Shown here: positions 36,410 through 46,284 of the stretch, in pieces | Layout of the letters: the number at the start of each line of letters is the position of its first letter | Position numbering within the stretch: position 1 is the stretch's first letter | Assembly: GCA_964441065.1 (NCBI GenBank) | Contig: CAYTWD010000001.1 | Span: forward strand, 5,975-69,974 | Direction of reading: 5' to 3' | From: an uncultured Candidatus Peribacteria bacterium | Lineage (GTDB): Bacteria; Patescibacteriota; Gracilibacteria; UBA1369; 2-02-FULL-48-14 | DNA: 64,000 nt | Program-made: the position numbers and the translations under genes | Notes under the pieces: model-generated | What the model was told of the DNA's origin: nothing | Databases searched by the model: none | Seen by the model: the letters and a program-made list of their open reading frames with translations, nothing else

Positions 36410-37323
36410 ACCATTTTATTAATTTCCAAGACTACATTTTCAGTAGCATTTTGCACCATTTTTAGCTTTTTGGCAAGAGGTTTCTCATCAATAAGTTTTT
36501 TTAGCGCGTCGGCCAAATCTTCTTTTTTGTAAACAGCCTTACTGATTCCCATTTTATTTGTAATTAGCGGATCTTTAATATTTAAACCCGGCTGATAACT
36601 CAAAGTTTTTCTACCGCAAACTGAAGCCTCAAAAAGTGCCATTGAATTCATTCCAATAACTAAAAATGAATTATCAATTAAACTTTTCGCATTTTCCTCA
36701 GTCATGCTGAATTTTCCTTCCAAAAATTCCTCATATTTCTCTCTATTTTTTGTTGTGGGGTGAAGTTTTATTTTTAAATCTTTATCAATTTTAAGTTTCT
36801 TCCAAACATCTTCAATATCCTTCAAAATTTCAAATTCATTCATTCCCAAATTATTTTCAAGTTCACTAAACGGTTGTGAAAAAAACACCGCAAAATCACC
36901 CTCAGATTTCAACTCCTTAAAAGAATCAAAATGAGGATTACCCGTGACAACGATCATATCGGGATTAAAACCCTCTTTTATCATTTCATCTTTTGCAAAC
37001 TCATCCATTACAAAAATTTTATCCGGCATCGCGTTTATAAATCTAACCTTATAATTTACCCAAAAATCCAAAACCGCCGCGCAGGGAATCCCAATTTTTT
37101 TTGCGATCCTTGTGAATCTTTTGTCCAAACTTTCATTTCCCAAACTCGTTCCGCACAAAACAAAATCAGGCTTCTCCGATTTTAAAATCTTCTCAATTTC
37201 TTCATTTGATAAAATATCTTTATGACTGAAAATCTTCCCGCCCATTTTTTCGTAAACCGGCTTGATTGAATCCATTCCACCGGGATTGTCTGCCGCAAAA
37301 ACAACTTTAATTTTTCGATTCAT
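36406..37323 (-). CDS. hypothetical protein, possibly GT-B-like fold
   Basis: 305 aa. It overlaps both neighbouring genes and I recognise no diagnostic motif. Confidence 0.3.
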   Translation of the reverse strand: MNRKIKVVFAADNPGGMDSIKPVYEKMGGKIFSHKDILSNEEIEKILKSEKPDFVLCGTSLGNESLDKRFTRIAKKIGIPCAAVLDFWVNYKVRFINAMPDKIFVMDEFAKDEMIKEGFNPDMIVVTGNPHFDSFKELKSEGDFAVFFSQPFSELENNLGMNEFEILKDIEDVWKKLKIDKDLKIKLHPTTKNREKYEEFLEGKFSMTEENAKSLIDNSFLVIGMNSMALFEASVCGRKTLSYQPGLNIKDPLITNKMGISKAVYKKEDLADALKKLIDEKPLAKKLKMVQNATENVVLEINKMV

Positions 37324-38605
37324 ATTCTTTTAATTCAGATACGTTTTTTTCGATTTTTTCAATAGCCGAAGTAAAATCATCAATATCTGAAAAACTTTGT
37401 GGTGGCTGACAGATTGCTGTGAAAAGCAGTTCTTCAAAATACATTTTTTCAGTGAAAGAACAAATTCCTTTTTGATAAGAAACATTGCTAGGAAATTCAC
37501 TTGAAACAAAAGGGAACTGTGAATTCGGAAAAATTCTTTTCTCCTGATAAATCGGCAAAAGATAGAGAGGTTTTTGATAACCTTCATTCAATTTATAACC
37601 CTCGGCAGCCATAGCCAACGCAAAAGTTTTTCTCTTTATTCCGATTTTCTCACTAAAAAATCTAAAGCCGTAAATATAATAAACATGTTTGGAATTTTCA
37701 GCATTTGAAGGATGATTTAACCATTCAAATCGCGAAAGTTTTTCACTCAAATAATCCGCCAATTTTATTCTTTCTGCATTTAATTTATCCAGTTTTTTAA
37801 ATTGTTCAATCGCAACCGCCGCGTGCAATTCACTCATTCTAAAGTTACCGCCAATCAGTGCTTCAAACTCGGCTCCGGCATCAACCATGTCGTCCATAAC
37901 AACTTCGCCATGATTTCGATAAAGCTGAGCTCTAAGCGCCATTTTATCATCATTGCACACCAAAACGCCGCCCTCGCCACACTGAACGACTTTGTGAATA
38001 TTAAAACTAAAAACTCCAATGTCTCCGATAGTTCCGGCAAATTTTCCTTTGTAAGTGGCGCCCATGGCCTGCGCGCTGTCCTCAATTATTTTCAGCCCGT
38101 GTTTCTTTGCAAGCTCCAAAATTTTTTCAAAATTCGGAGTTCTACCCATCAAATTCACAACATAAATAGCCTTGGTTTTTTCACTAATATTTTTTTCGAC
38201 AGAATCCGGATCAAGACAAAAAGTCTCATCTATATCAGCAAAAACCGGAATCGCATTATTAAATAAAACCGAAGTTGGTGTCGCGCTCATTGTAAAAGGC
38301 GGACAAATTATTTCATCCCCCGGCCCAACACCAATCGCCACAATAGCCGCTTGCAATGCGCTTGTTGCCGAGTTAAAAGTCACCGAATGTTTTACTCCAA
38401 AATAAGAATTGAAAAGACTTTCAAGTTCTTGAACATATTTACCGCCTAAAAATTTTGCTCCGGCTCTACCTAAAAAATCCGAAAGCAGTAATTTCTCGTC
38501 AAAAATACTATTCACGGCATTTTTCTCTTCATCTCCAATTGTGTAATAAGCGGGAATAGGGCTAGTTCTTACCGGCTTTCCTCCTAAAAGTGCTAATTCA
38601 GACAT
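37307..38605 (-). CDS. DegT/DnrJ/EryC1/StrS-family aminotransferase (long form)
   Basis: 432 aa. PLP-Lys motif FSFNIHKVVQCGEGG. Confidence 0.85.
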   Translation of the reverse strand: MSELALLGGKPVRTSPIPAYYTIGDEEKNAVNSIFDEKLLLSDFLGRAGAKFLGGKYVQELESLFNSYFGVKHSVTFNSATSALQAAIVAIGVGPGDEIICPPFTMSATPTSVLFNNAIPVFADIDETFCLDPDSVEKNISEKTKAIYVVNLMGRTPNFEKILELAKKHGLKIIEDSAQAMGATYKGKFAGTIGDIGVFSFNIHKVVQCGEGGVLVCNDDKMALRAQLYRNHGEVVMDDMVDAGAEFEALIGGNFRMSELHAAVAIEQFKKLDKLNAERIKLADYLSEKLSRFEWLNHPSNAENSKHVYYIYGFRFFSEKIGIKRKTFALAMAAEGYKLNEGYQKPLYLLPIYQEKRIFPNSQFPFVSSEFPSNVSYQKGICSFTEKMYFEELLFTAICQPPQSFSDIDDFTSAIEKIEKNVSELKEYESKN

Positions 38606-38606
38606 G

Positions 38607-39584
38607 TTAATTATTATTCATACAATTCGCCACGAATTTTAACGTTTTCAAGGCATCTTCACCAGAGCAAAGAGGCTCTGAACTCGTTTTTATACATTCC
38701 AAAATGCAATTCACGGAATCCATCATAAACTCCCCATCAGGTTTATTTTTGAATGGATATCCGATTTCTTTTAGCTCCTTAAATCCGCTGAAAAGTGAAT
38801 GTTCATCCGTTTCAAAAACAGATATTTCAAAACCATTTTTCTTGAATAAAATCGCGCCCTTTTCACAATAAACACAAAGTTCCAAAATCAAATAATTTTT
38901 ATTATTTTGTGGAGTAAGTGAAAAAATAATTCCGTCTTTAGACTCGGCAACAAAAGCGTAATTCGCATCATTTTCGTAACGAGATTCTATGCTTGTTTTT
39001 ATTGATGCAACTTTAGAAAATTCCGACTCGCAAAAAAACTCCGCCAAATTAATTAAATGTGATGCGTTTGTAATAAGTCCATCTCCATAATGACCTGTAA
39101 TTTTTTGAATTTTCCCCATTTTTTCGCTCTTCAAATAGTCTGCAATTTCCCGATAAGCCGGGCTAAATCTTCTCATGTAATTCACTTGCAAAATCACTTT
39201 TTTTTCACGACAAATCCTCACCATTTTCTCAGCCTCCTCAATATTTTTTGCAATCGGCTTTTCACATAAAATCGCAAGCGGTTTCGCATTCACGCATTTT
39301 TCAAGAATTTCCGCGTGACTTTCAACTTGAGTGCAAATGCTGATTATTTCAGGCTTTTCTTTTTCCAGCATCTCTTCGTAATTTTTATAAAGACCGGAAA
39401 TTTTCCATTTCGCTCCCGCTTTTTCCAATTTTTCCGAATCTGTATCGCATAGTGCAACCAACTCAATTTCAGAATTTTTTGTGTAAGCACCTGCGTGACT
39501 TGCAACAAAGATTCTTTTTGGATCGTCGTCGTATTCACTGCCGATTCTTCCACAGCCTATAATCGCGGCTTTAAATTTTTTCAT
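38607..39584 (-). CDS. Gfo/Idh/MocA-family oxidoreductase
   Basis: Contains MKKFKAAIIGCGRIGS (Rossmann fold) and a CEKPIA motif. The ORF is open up to 39617, but the ATG at 39584 fits the family N-terminus. Confidence 0.8.
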   Translation of the reverse strand: MKKFKAAIIGCGRIGSEYDDDPKRIFVASHAGAYTKNSEIELVALCDTDSEKLEKAGAKWKISGLYKNYEEMLEKEKPEIISICTQVESHAEILEKCVNAKPLAILCEKPIAKNIEEAEKMVRICREKKVILQVNYMRRFSPAYREIADYLKSEKMGKIQKITGHYGDGLITNASHLINLAEFFCESEFSKVASIKTSIESRYENDANYAFVAESKDGIIFSLTPQNNKNYLILELCVYCEKGAILFKKNGFEISVFETDEHSLFSGFKELKEIGYPFKNKPDGEFMMDSVNCILECIKTSSEPLCSGEDALKTLKFVANCMNNN

Positions 39585-39676
39585 CAATTTATTAAATTCG
39601 GAGAGAATATATCTCATTTGACCCTGTTTGACAAAGAGAAGATAATAATGTTAATTTCAATTTACTAAGTTAAAAA

Positions 39677-40732
39677 ATGCGAAGTGAAGATATAAATATT
39701 GAAGGTTTAAAAATTGGGCCAAATAATAGTCCTTGTGTTGTCGCTGAACTTTCTTGCAATCACAACCAAAGTATTGAAACCGCGTTGAGAATTGTTGATG
39801 CGGCGGCTGATGCGGGTTGTCAGGCAATAAAACTTCAAACATACAGAGCTGACACGATGACAATCCGGTCCAATAAACCCGATTTTTTGATTAAAGGTTC
39901 AAATCCCGATTGGGAAGGAAAAACTCTTTACGATCTTTATGAAAAGGCATTCACACCTTGGGAATGGCATGAGGAACTCTTCAAAAGAGCAAAAGAAAGA
40001 GGAATGATCGCCTTCAGCACACCTTTTGACCTGGAAGCCGTTGATTTTTTGGAAAAACTCAATGTCCCAGCATATAAAATTGCATCTTTCGAAAATAATT
40101 GGGTTGAACTAATTGATCGCGTTGCTCGCACAAAAAAACCGATAATTATTTCAACCGGCGTTTCTGATCTTTCAATAGTTGAACGAGCCGTGAAAACAGC
40201 CAGAGATGCGGGAAATGAACAAATCATACTACTAAAATGTACAAGCAGTTACCCTGCGGATCCTAAAAATTCCAACCTCGCGACAATTCCTGCTTTGGCG
40301 GAAAAGTTTGATGTTCAAGTCGGTATTTCAGATCACACTCTTGGGATTGGAGCTTCAATTGCGGCCGTTGCACTTGGCGCGACAATGATTGAAAAGCATC
40401 TTATTTTAGATAGAAAAGATGAAAGTTTTGATTCTTCATTTTCAATGAATCCTGATGAAATGAAACAACTGGTAGTTGAGTCTGAAAGAGCATGGCAGAG
40501 TGTTGGGCAAGTTTTTTACGGACTGACTCAGGGTGAAGAAAATTCACTTCGATTCAAGAGATCAATTTATGTGGTTGAGCCAATAAAAGCCGGCGAAACT
40601 TTTACCCGAAAAAACACGAGAGTTATCAGGCCGGGTTATTCGCTTGAGCCACGTCTTCACGGCGAAATTTTGGGTAAAGTGAGTAAGAAAGATTTGGAAA
40701 TAGGAGATAGAATTGATGAAAATTCCTTCTGA
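39677..40732 (+). CDS. pseI: nonulosonic acid synthase (NeuB/PseI family)
   Basis: 351 aa. Contains VVAELSCNHNQS, AYKIASFE, ISDHTLG and a C-terminal SAF/antifreeze-like domain. Confidence 0.85.
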   Translation: MRSEDINIEGLKIGPNNSPCVVAELSCNHNQSIETALRIVDAAADAGCQAIKLQTYRADTMTIRSNKPDFLIKGSNPDWEGKTLYDLYEKAFTPWEWHEELFKRAKERGMIAFSTPFDLEAVDFLEKLNVPAYKIASFENNWVELIDRVARTKKPIIISTGVSDLSIVERAVKTARDAGNEQIILLKCTSSYPADPKNSNLATIPALAEKFDVQVGISDHTLGIGASIAAVALGATMIEKHLILDRKDESFDSSFSMNPDEMKQLVVESERAWQSVGQVFYGLTQGEENSLRFKRSIYVVEPIKAGETFTRKNTRVIRPGYSLEPRLHGEILGKVSKKDLEIGDRIDENSF

Positions 40733-41409
40733 TGAATACAGAAAACATAGTCATTTTGAGTCGCAGGCAAGTTAATAAAGATGATTTCAATAATTGGGAT
40801 CCTCCGGCGGGTTTTTCCAAACATTTTATTGGCGATGAAAGTGCATTAACATTTGAAAATCTACAAAAACTAAATCCAAAATTTATTTTTATTCCGCATT
40901 GGTCAAAAATTATTGATGATAAAATAATTGAAAATTTTAAATGCGTAGTTTTCCACATGACCGATTTACCATTCGGACGAGGAGGAAGTCCGCTTCAAAA
41001 TCTGCTTGTTCGAGGAATTTACAAAACCAAAATTTCAGCAATTTTAGCAGTAAAAGAACTCGATGCCGGCCCGATTTATTTGAAAAAAGATTTTGATATT
41101 TCCGAAGGTTCCGCAGAAGAAATATACTCTAGAGCTTCAAAAATTATTTTTGAAATGATTGACGAAATTTTACGAAAAAATCTAAATTCCACTCCTCAAA
41201 CGGGAGAAATTACAGTTTTTAAACGCAGAACTCCGGCGGAAAGTGAAGTTCCGGAAAGTCTGAATGAAAGACAACTTTACGATTTTATTAGGATGTTGGA
41301 CGCTCCCGGCTATCCACATGCTTTTAAAATACAAAACGGCAAAAAAATCGAATTCAAAAACGCGCGTTTTGAAAACGACAAACTTATTTTCGACGAAATT
41401 TCTCAATGA
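40732..41409 (+). CDS. formyltransferase-like protein
   Basis: 225 aa. Contains HMTDLPFGRGGSPLQNLLVRG and LDAGPIY. The start overlaps the neuB stop (TGATG). Confidence 0.6.
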   Translation: MNTENIVILSRRQVNKDDFNNWDPPAGFSKHFIGDESALTFENLQKLNPKFIFIPHWSKIIDDKIIENFKCVVFHMTDLPFGRGGSPLQNLLVRGIYKTKISAILAVKELDAGPIYLKKDFDISEGSAEEIYSRASKIIFEMIDEILRKNLNSTPQTGEITVFKRRTPAESEVPESLNERQLYDFIRMLDAPGYPHAFKIQNGKKIEFKNARFENDKLIFDEISQ

Positions 41410-42176
41410 GAAACTCGCTTACGTTTTGATTTAACTCCTTTTTTTGCGAGTTCGTCATGGTAGGCCTTATTACCAGTATTGTGCATTTTATTTATTTCAG
41501 CAATTTCCGGATTTTTCTTCACAAACTCAAGAAGTTCCAACATCGATACGTCTCCCGCCAATTTCTCAAAAACCTGAGAAACAAATTCAAAATCCTCAGG
41601 ATAATCCACAGTCCATCTGTGGTGAGATAAATCCTCATGATAATCGGCATTTTTTATCTTAAATTCCTCAGGATGTTCGTAAATATAAGCAAAAGCCAAT
41701 TCTCTCCAAAACGCTTCTTTGATATTTTCCCAAACTTTTTTCATTGCCGAAACTTTTATAACTTCCACATCTAAACCATGTGGCAAAGTTGGACTGAAAT
41801 TATTGCTGACTTGATCAAAATTGCCATCTAAAAAAATCTTAATTACCCGGTCAACTTCATCAGGATCAACCAAAGGACAATCCGCCGTAATTCTCACAAT
41901 TGCGTCGGCTCCGAACTTGATTGCCGTTTGATAAAGTCTATCAACAAGATCATTTTCATCGCCCGCGTAATAATCAATTCCATTTTCTTTAGCGAATTCA
42001 ATAATCGGTTTATTTATCTCATCATTCGCGGTTGCAATTACAACTTTATCAACAAGTTTCGCCTTTTTAAAACGCTCATACAAATAAAGCATCATCGGTT
42101 TTCCGGAAATTTTTTTCAAAACTTTTCCGGGAAGTCTTGTCGAACCCATTCTCGCCTGAATAATTCCTAAAATCAT
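41403..42176 (-). CDS. CMP-sugar-type cytidylyltransferase (SpsF/PseF-like)
   Basis: 257 aa. Contains IIQARMGSTRLPGK and RITADCPLVDP. Confidence 0.75.
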   Translation of the reverse strand: MILGIIQARMGSTRLPGKVLKKISGKPMMLYLYERFKKAKLVDKVVIATANDEINKPIIEFAKENGIDYYAGDENDLVDRLYQTAIKFGADAIVRITADCPLVDPDEVDRVIKIFLDGNFDQVSNNFSPTLPHGLDVEVIKVSAMKKVWENIKEAFWRELAFAYIYEHPEEFKIKNADYHEDLSHHRWTVDYPEDFEFVSQVFEKLAGDVSMLELLEFVKKNPEIAEINKMHNTGNKAYHDELAKKGVKSKRKRVSH

Positions 42177-42979
42177 AAGCTTTTGATTATAAGTTTCGCG
42201 GCCTCTTCTGCTCCGTTTAAAAGATTTACATCTTGCGCTCTGTCTTTGTCCAGAAGTTCGACAATTTTATCTTCCAAATTTGTAAAATTAACAATGGTTT
42301 TTGAATCGCCTTCCAGCAAAATAACGTTTTCCAATTTCTTTAAATACTCAACATTATTTTTTTGATTTTCAACCTGTTCAAAAATAAATTGTGGACACCC
42401 GATTGCCGCCAATTCCATGGCGGTTTGACCGGCCGCTCCAAATGCAAATTTTGATTCACGCATCAGTTTATAAACATCTTTTGGCGAAACAAAATCAAGC
42501 CCGACAACATTAATTTTCTGAACAAATTTCGAAGCGATCGGCGTAAATTTATCCAAAAAGTTTTTGCATTTTGTTTCATCATAATATGACTTTAAAAAAA
42601 CCACCGCCTCATTCTTCACTTTTACATTTTGATCTCCAAAATACTTAACTCTCAAACAAAAATTTCTCAAAATTAAGCCGGCTTTTTCTCCAATAAAATC
42701 GATTTTATGATCTTCGAATGCCGCCAAATTCGCCCTCAAAACATTCTTGGGAAATTTCTCAATTCTATACGAATCAACAACAACAAAATCGCCATTTTCA
42801 CACTTTCCATATGACACTTTTTTTCGATAAGAATCCTCCAAAAATTCAGAAAATATTTTTTCGTTACAATCAATTCGCACTTCCTGATCCAAATCCAATA
42901 AAGCCATTGTTAATGCGGCAATTCTTGAAACGTGTCCCAAGCCGATTTCTCCTCCGAAGTCCGGAATTAATGTGATCAT
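42173..42979 (-). CDS. pseG: PseG/SpsG-like UDP-sugar hydrolase (GT28-like C-terminal domain)
   Basis: 268 aa. N-terminal GGEIGLGHVSRIAAL matches the PseG G-x-G-H-x-x-R signature. The gene is flanked by two cytidylyltransferase genes. Confidence 0.5.
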   Translation of the reverse strand: MITLIPDFGGEIGLGHVSRIAALTMALLDLDQEVRIDCNEKIFSEFLEDSYRKKVSYGKCENGDFVVVDSYRIEKFPKNVLRANLAAFEDHKIDFIGEKAGLILRNFCLRVKYFGDQNVKVKNEAVVFLKSYYDETKCKNFLDKFTPIASKFVQKINVVGLDFVSPKDVYKLMRESKFAFGAAGQTAMELAAIGCPQFIFEQVENQKNNVEYLKKLENVILLEGDSKTIVNFTNLEDKIVELLDKDRAQDVNLLNGAEEAAKLIIKSL

Positions 42980-43710
42980 ATTGGTTTCTGTTCAATGTGA
43001 GAGTTAATTTCAAAATATTCCGGATGTTCTTCAAAAACTTTCAAAACGTCATCCATGAGAAAATCAGCTTTTTTCGGCCATAATTCTTCATAAATTTTCT
43101 TAATCAATTCATAATCTTCAGCCGTGTCCAATGTCCATCTGTGCATTGAAAGATCTTTTCCATTCAAAACACCTCCGGCAAAACTTGCGGTTTTTTGTCT
43201 TATGTAGGGCGTAACATGCTCTTTTTCAGAATCCGATTCAGCATTTTTTGCAGCGTCTTCAAGTAAGGAAAACGGGAAAACTTCCACGTCCAATCCTCTC
43301 GGAAAAGTTCGTCCATCAACCGGAATATTTGAAGTATATGTTCCAGACTTCAGCTCTTCTTCAATAACTTTATCCACAATTTCCGGGTCAATAAGCGGGC
43401 AGTCGGAAGTAATTCTAACAACAAGATCCGCAGATTCTTTTTTTGCCGCTTCAAAATAACGAGAAAGCACATCATTTTGAGAACCGCGATAAATTCCAAC
43501 TTTTGAATCTTTCAAATTTTCAACAAATTTTTCCAAAACGTCGTCTTCAGCATTCACAGTGATTGCAATCACAATTTTATTTATTTTTTTGCATTTTTTT
43601 ACTCTGTTAATCACATGCCAAAGAACAGGCCTACCGCAAAGATCCATAAGAATTTTTCCGGGCAATCTGCTCGAACCCATTCTTGTTTGAATTATGCAAA
43701 CCGTATTCAT
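42976..43710 (-). CDS. CMP-sugar-type cytidylyltransferase (SpsF/PseF-like), paralog of 41403-42176
   Basis: 244 aa. Contains IIQTRMGSSRLPGK and RITSDCPLIDP. Confidence 0.75.
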   Translation of the reverse strand: MNTVCIIQTRMGSSRLPGKILMDLCGRPVLWHVINRVKKCKKINKIVIAITVNAEDDVLEKFVENLKDSKVGIYRGSQNDVLSRYFEAAKKESADLVVRITSDCPLIDPEIVDKVIEEELKSGTYTSNIPVDGRTFPRGLDVEVFPFSLLEDAAKNAESDSEKEHVTPYIRQKTASFAGGVLNGKDLSMHRWTLDTAEDYELIKKIYEELWPKKADFLMDDVLKVFEEHPEYFEINSHIEQKPI

Positions 43711-43775
43711 ATCATGCGGATTTTAATGGCTTTTCAGCTCCAGATCAAGTATAGTGCTCCAGCTAACAAAATAAA

Positions 43776-45233
43776 ATGAAGGGACTTTTCTTCTTACAAA
43801 GAAATTTCGCAAAATTTGGCCACTATATCGCGCTTGGTTTAATGAAAGAGCATGGAATGACCGAAGCTGCGGCATTTATTCAAGGTGTTAAAGCAAAAAA
43901 TTTTCTTGATTCACAGCATGATTTTAAATATTGCACTGAAGTTTTTGAAAATGAAATTCATGAAAAAGCAAAGCATGGCAAACCGGACCACGAGTTTTTA
44001 AATAAAATCGAAAAAGAATATGGAATTCCTAATTTATGGCCTTTTTATTTGGCCGATAGAATTTTGGCAATGGATCATCCGCATTTTGAATATGCCTATA
44101 CTCCAAAATATGACTACGATAGAACTTTAGTCATGATCCAAGAACGTTTTCGCGCGATAATCAAAATGTTAGAAGAGGAAAAACCAGATTTTATAATTTT
44201 ATCTTTGGTCGGCTGTATCAGCTCAATGATTATGTACAAAGTTGCAAAAAAAATGGGAATTAAAACTTATATTTTTGACCACACAAAGCTAAAAGATTAT
44301 GTCACAATGACAGAAAATGAAGAGTTCTCGGCGGCGAATAAACTTTTTGATGAAAAAGGATTTTCAGAAAGTCACATGAAAGAAGCCGAAGAAATTTTAA
44401 AATCTTATCGTGAGAAACCCGCTCCACGAAAATGGATGGAAACCTCAGGAAAAATCGGACTTTTACACGCGATTTTCAAGGAAGTTTTGGGCTTTGTAAA
44501 ATACGTAAAAGCTCATTATTCGGAGGGTCGTAATGGTGATTTTACAGAGCAATCGCCTTTTGATTACTTAAGAAATAAATTTGTGAAATTTTCTCGAAGG
44601 CTCAGCGCTCACGGTTTGGTTTATGGAAAAATGAATGAAAATGAAGACTTTGTATTTTTTCCACTTCATTTCGAACCGGAAAGAGCAACGATGTTTTTGG
44701 CGCCTTATTTCACGGATCAAATCGCCTTAGTTCACAACGTCGCAAAAGCTCTCCCGATTACAACAAAACTTTACGTTAAAGATCATCCAGCGATGATAAA
44801 TTTCCGCCCAAGATCTTATTACGATCGTTTAAAAGAAATGCCGAATATCGTTTTCATTGATCCGAATGTCTCATCTTCAAAAATAATTCCTAAAGCCAAA
44901 TGCGTCGCGACAATAACAGGAACTGCCGGGATGGAAGCAATTTTATTGGGCAAGCCTGTCATAACTTTCGGTGAGATTTTTTACAACAAATTATCCTTTG
45001 TTTATCACGTCACGGATCTCACAAAATTGGCAGATGTCTTTAAGAAAGTTTTCAAAGAAAACAAGCATGACGACAAAGAATTGATCAATTTTATTTCCTG
45101 TATTTTGGCAACTTCTTTCCCAATAAACTACTTCAAAATTTGGCACGACAGCACTCCGGAACAAATCAAAAACTCAAAAGAAATCGCTGAGTTTATCGAC
45201 TACATTGCTAAGACTGTAGGATTTCGAGCTTAA
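43776..45233 (+). CDS. capsule-polysaccharide-synthesis (KpsS/KpsC-like) family glycosyltransferase candidate
   Basis: 485 aa. FFPLHFEPERA...FTDQ...LYVKDHPAM resembles the PLQ...D.Q...K.HP pattern of the Capsule_synth family. Confidence 0.45.
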   Translation: MKGLFFLQRNFAKFGHYIALGLMKEHGMTEAAAFIQGVKAKNFLDSQHDFKYCTEVFENEIHEKAKHGKPDHEFLNKIEKEYGIPNLWPFYLADRILAMDHPHFEYAYTPKYDYDRTLVMIQERFRAIIKMLEEEKPDFIILSLVGCISSMIMYKVAKKMGIKTYIFDHTKLKDYVTMTENEEFSAANKLFDEKGFSESHMKEAEEILKSYREKPAPRKWMETSGKIGLLHAIFKEVLGFVKYVKAHYSEGRNGDFTEQSPFDYLRNKFVKFSRRLSAHGLVYGKMNENEDFVFFPLHFEPERATMFLAPYFTDQIALVHNVAKALPITTKLYVKDHPAMINFRPRSYYDRLKEMPNIVFIDPNVSSSKIIPKAKCVATITGTAGMEAILLGKPVITFGEIFYNKLSFVYHVTDLTKLADVFKKVFKENKHDDKELINFISCILATSFPINYFKIWHDSTPEQIKNSKEIAEFIDYIAKTVGFRA

Positions 45234-46206
45234 TTCTGTCTTTTTTCGCGCTTAACCTAACAAGTCCTCCAATCGGGAAAGTAAAGAACGGCGTTGTATG
45301 CCCAAAATCTGCATTGGCAATAACCGGTATTAAATCCAGTTCTTTTTTTGACTTTATAATCTTCTTCAAAAGATCCTCGTTCATTCCACTTTGATTGCGG
45401 AAACGTCCAATAACAATACCTCGAACTTTCGCAAAATCGGGAAGGTGAATTATTGACTGTAAATCTCTATCAAAAGTTGCAACATGAGCCTCTTCATCAT
45501 CTTCCAAAAACAAAATACTATTTGCTAAATTCGGCATAAATTCTGTGCCTTGTAACAGGTTTAAACTGCATTGGTTCCCGCCCAAAGAAATTCCCTCGGC
45601 TTCGCCTTCATTAATAAGCCAGTATCCTTCATTCTTTACAAAAATTCTTTTACTTTGATCACATGCAAATCCATCATTACTCCACTCTTGTGATGGCAAA
45701 ACCTCAAAACTCAAATCTTCACAAAGACATTTCTTAAAATACTCCCAAATATAATTAAAACTTTTCTCATTTTTATCTCCAAAGTTCAAAAAATGTGAGC
45801 CCGAATAAGTTACCATTCCGGTTTTCGCATAAATTGCATTTGCAAGCACGGTAATATCTGAAAAACCGCAAAATATTTTCGGATTATTTTTTATAAGTTC
45901 ATAATTTAAATATCTTAATAATTGGTTCGAATTAAAACCGCCAATAACCGTTATAATCATTTTCACATTTTGATCTGCAAAAGCATCATGAATATCCTCG
46001 ATTCGGCTATCAATCGATGAAGATGAAAAATCATCAATCTCATTCACATGTTTGCCAAAACTTAATTTAAAACCCAAGTCAGCAAACCTTTTTGTAGCTA
46101 AATTTTTTACTTCTTCAGCAATCCAAGTAGTCGTTAAACTTCTTGCAGGAGCAATCACCCTGATTTCATCTCCTTTTTTTAGTGTTGTCATGTTTAAAAT
46201 ATACAC
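45208..46206 (-). CDS. LD-carboxypeptidase (peptidase S66, MccF-like)
   Basis: 332 aa. Contains GDEIRVIAPA and the nucleophile motif CGFSDITVL, plus a C-terminal FGHT segment. Confidence 0.75.
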   Translation of the reverse strand: MYILNMTTLKKGDEIRVIAPARSLTTTWIAEEVKNLATKRFADLGFKLSFGKHVNEIDDFSSSSIDSRIEDIHDAFADQNVKMIITVIGGFNSNQLLRYLNYELIKNNPKIFCGFSDITVLANAIYAKTGMVTYSGSHFLNFGDKNEKSFNYIWEYFKKCLCEDLSFEVLPSQEWSNDGFACDQSKRIFVKNEGYWLINEGEAEGISLGGNQCSLNLLQGTEFMPNLANSILFLEDDEEAHVATFDRDLQSIIHLPDFAKVRGIVIGRFRNQSGMNEDLLKKIIKSKKELDLIPVIANADFGHTTPFFTFPIGGLVRLSAKKDRIKLEILQS

Positions 46207-46284
46207 ATATCACTTCATATTGCCAAAACCTGTTAAAATCATTACCCTCACACAAGAGCAGAGCGATTGTGCTAAATCAAAAAC

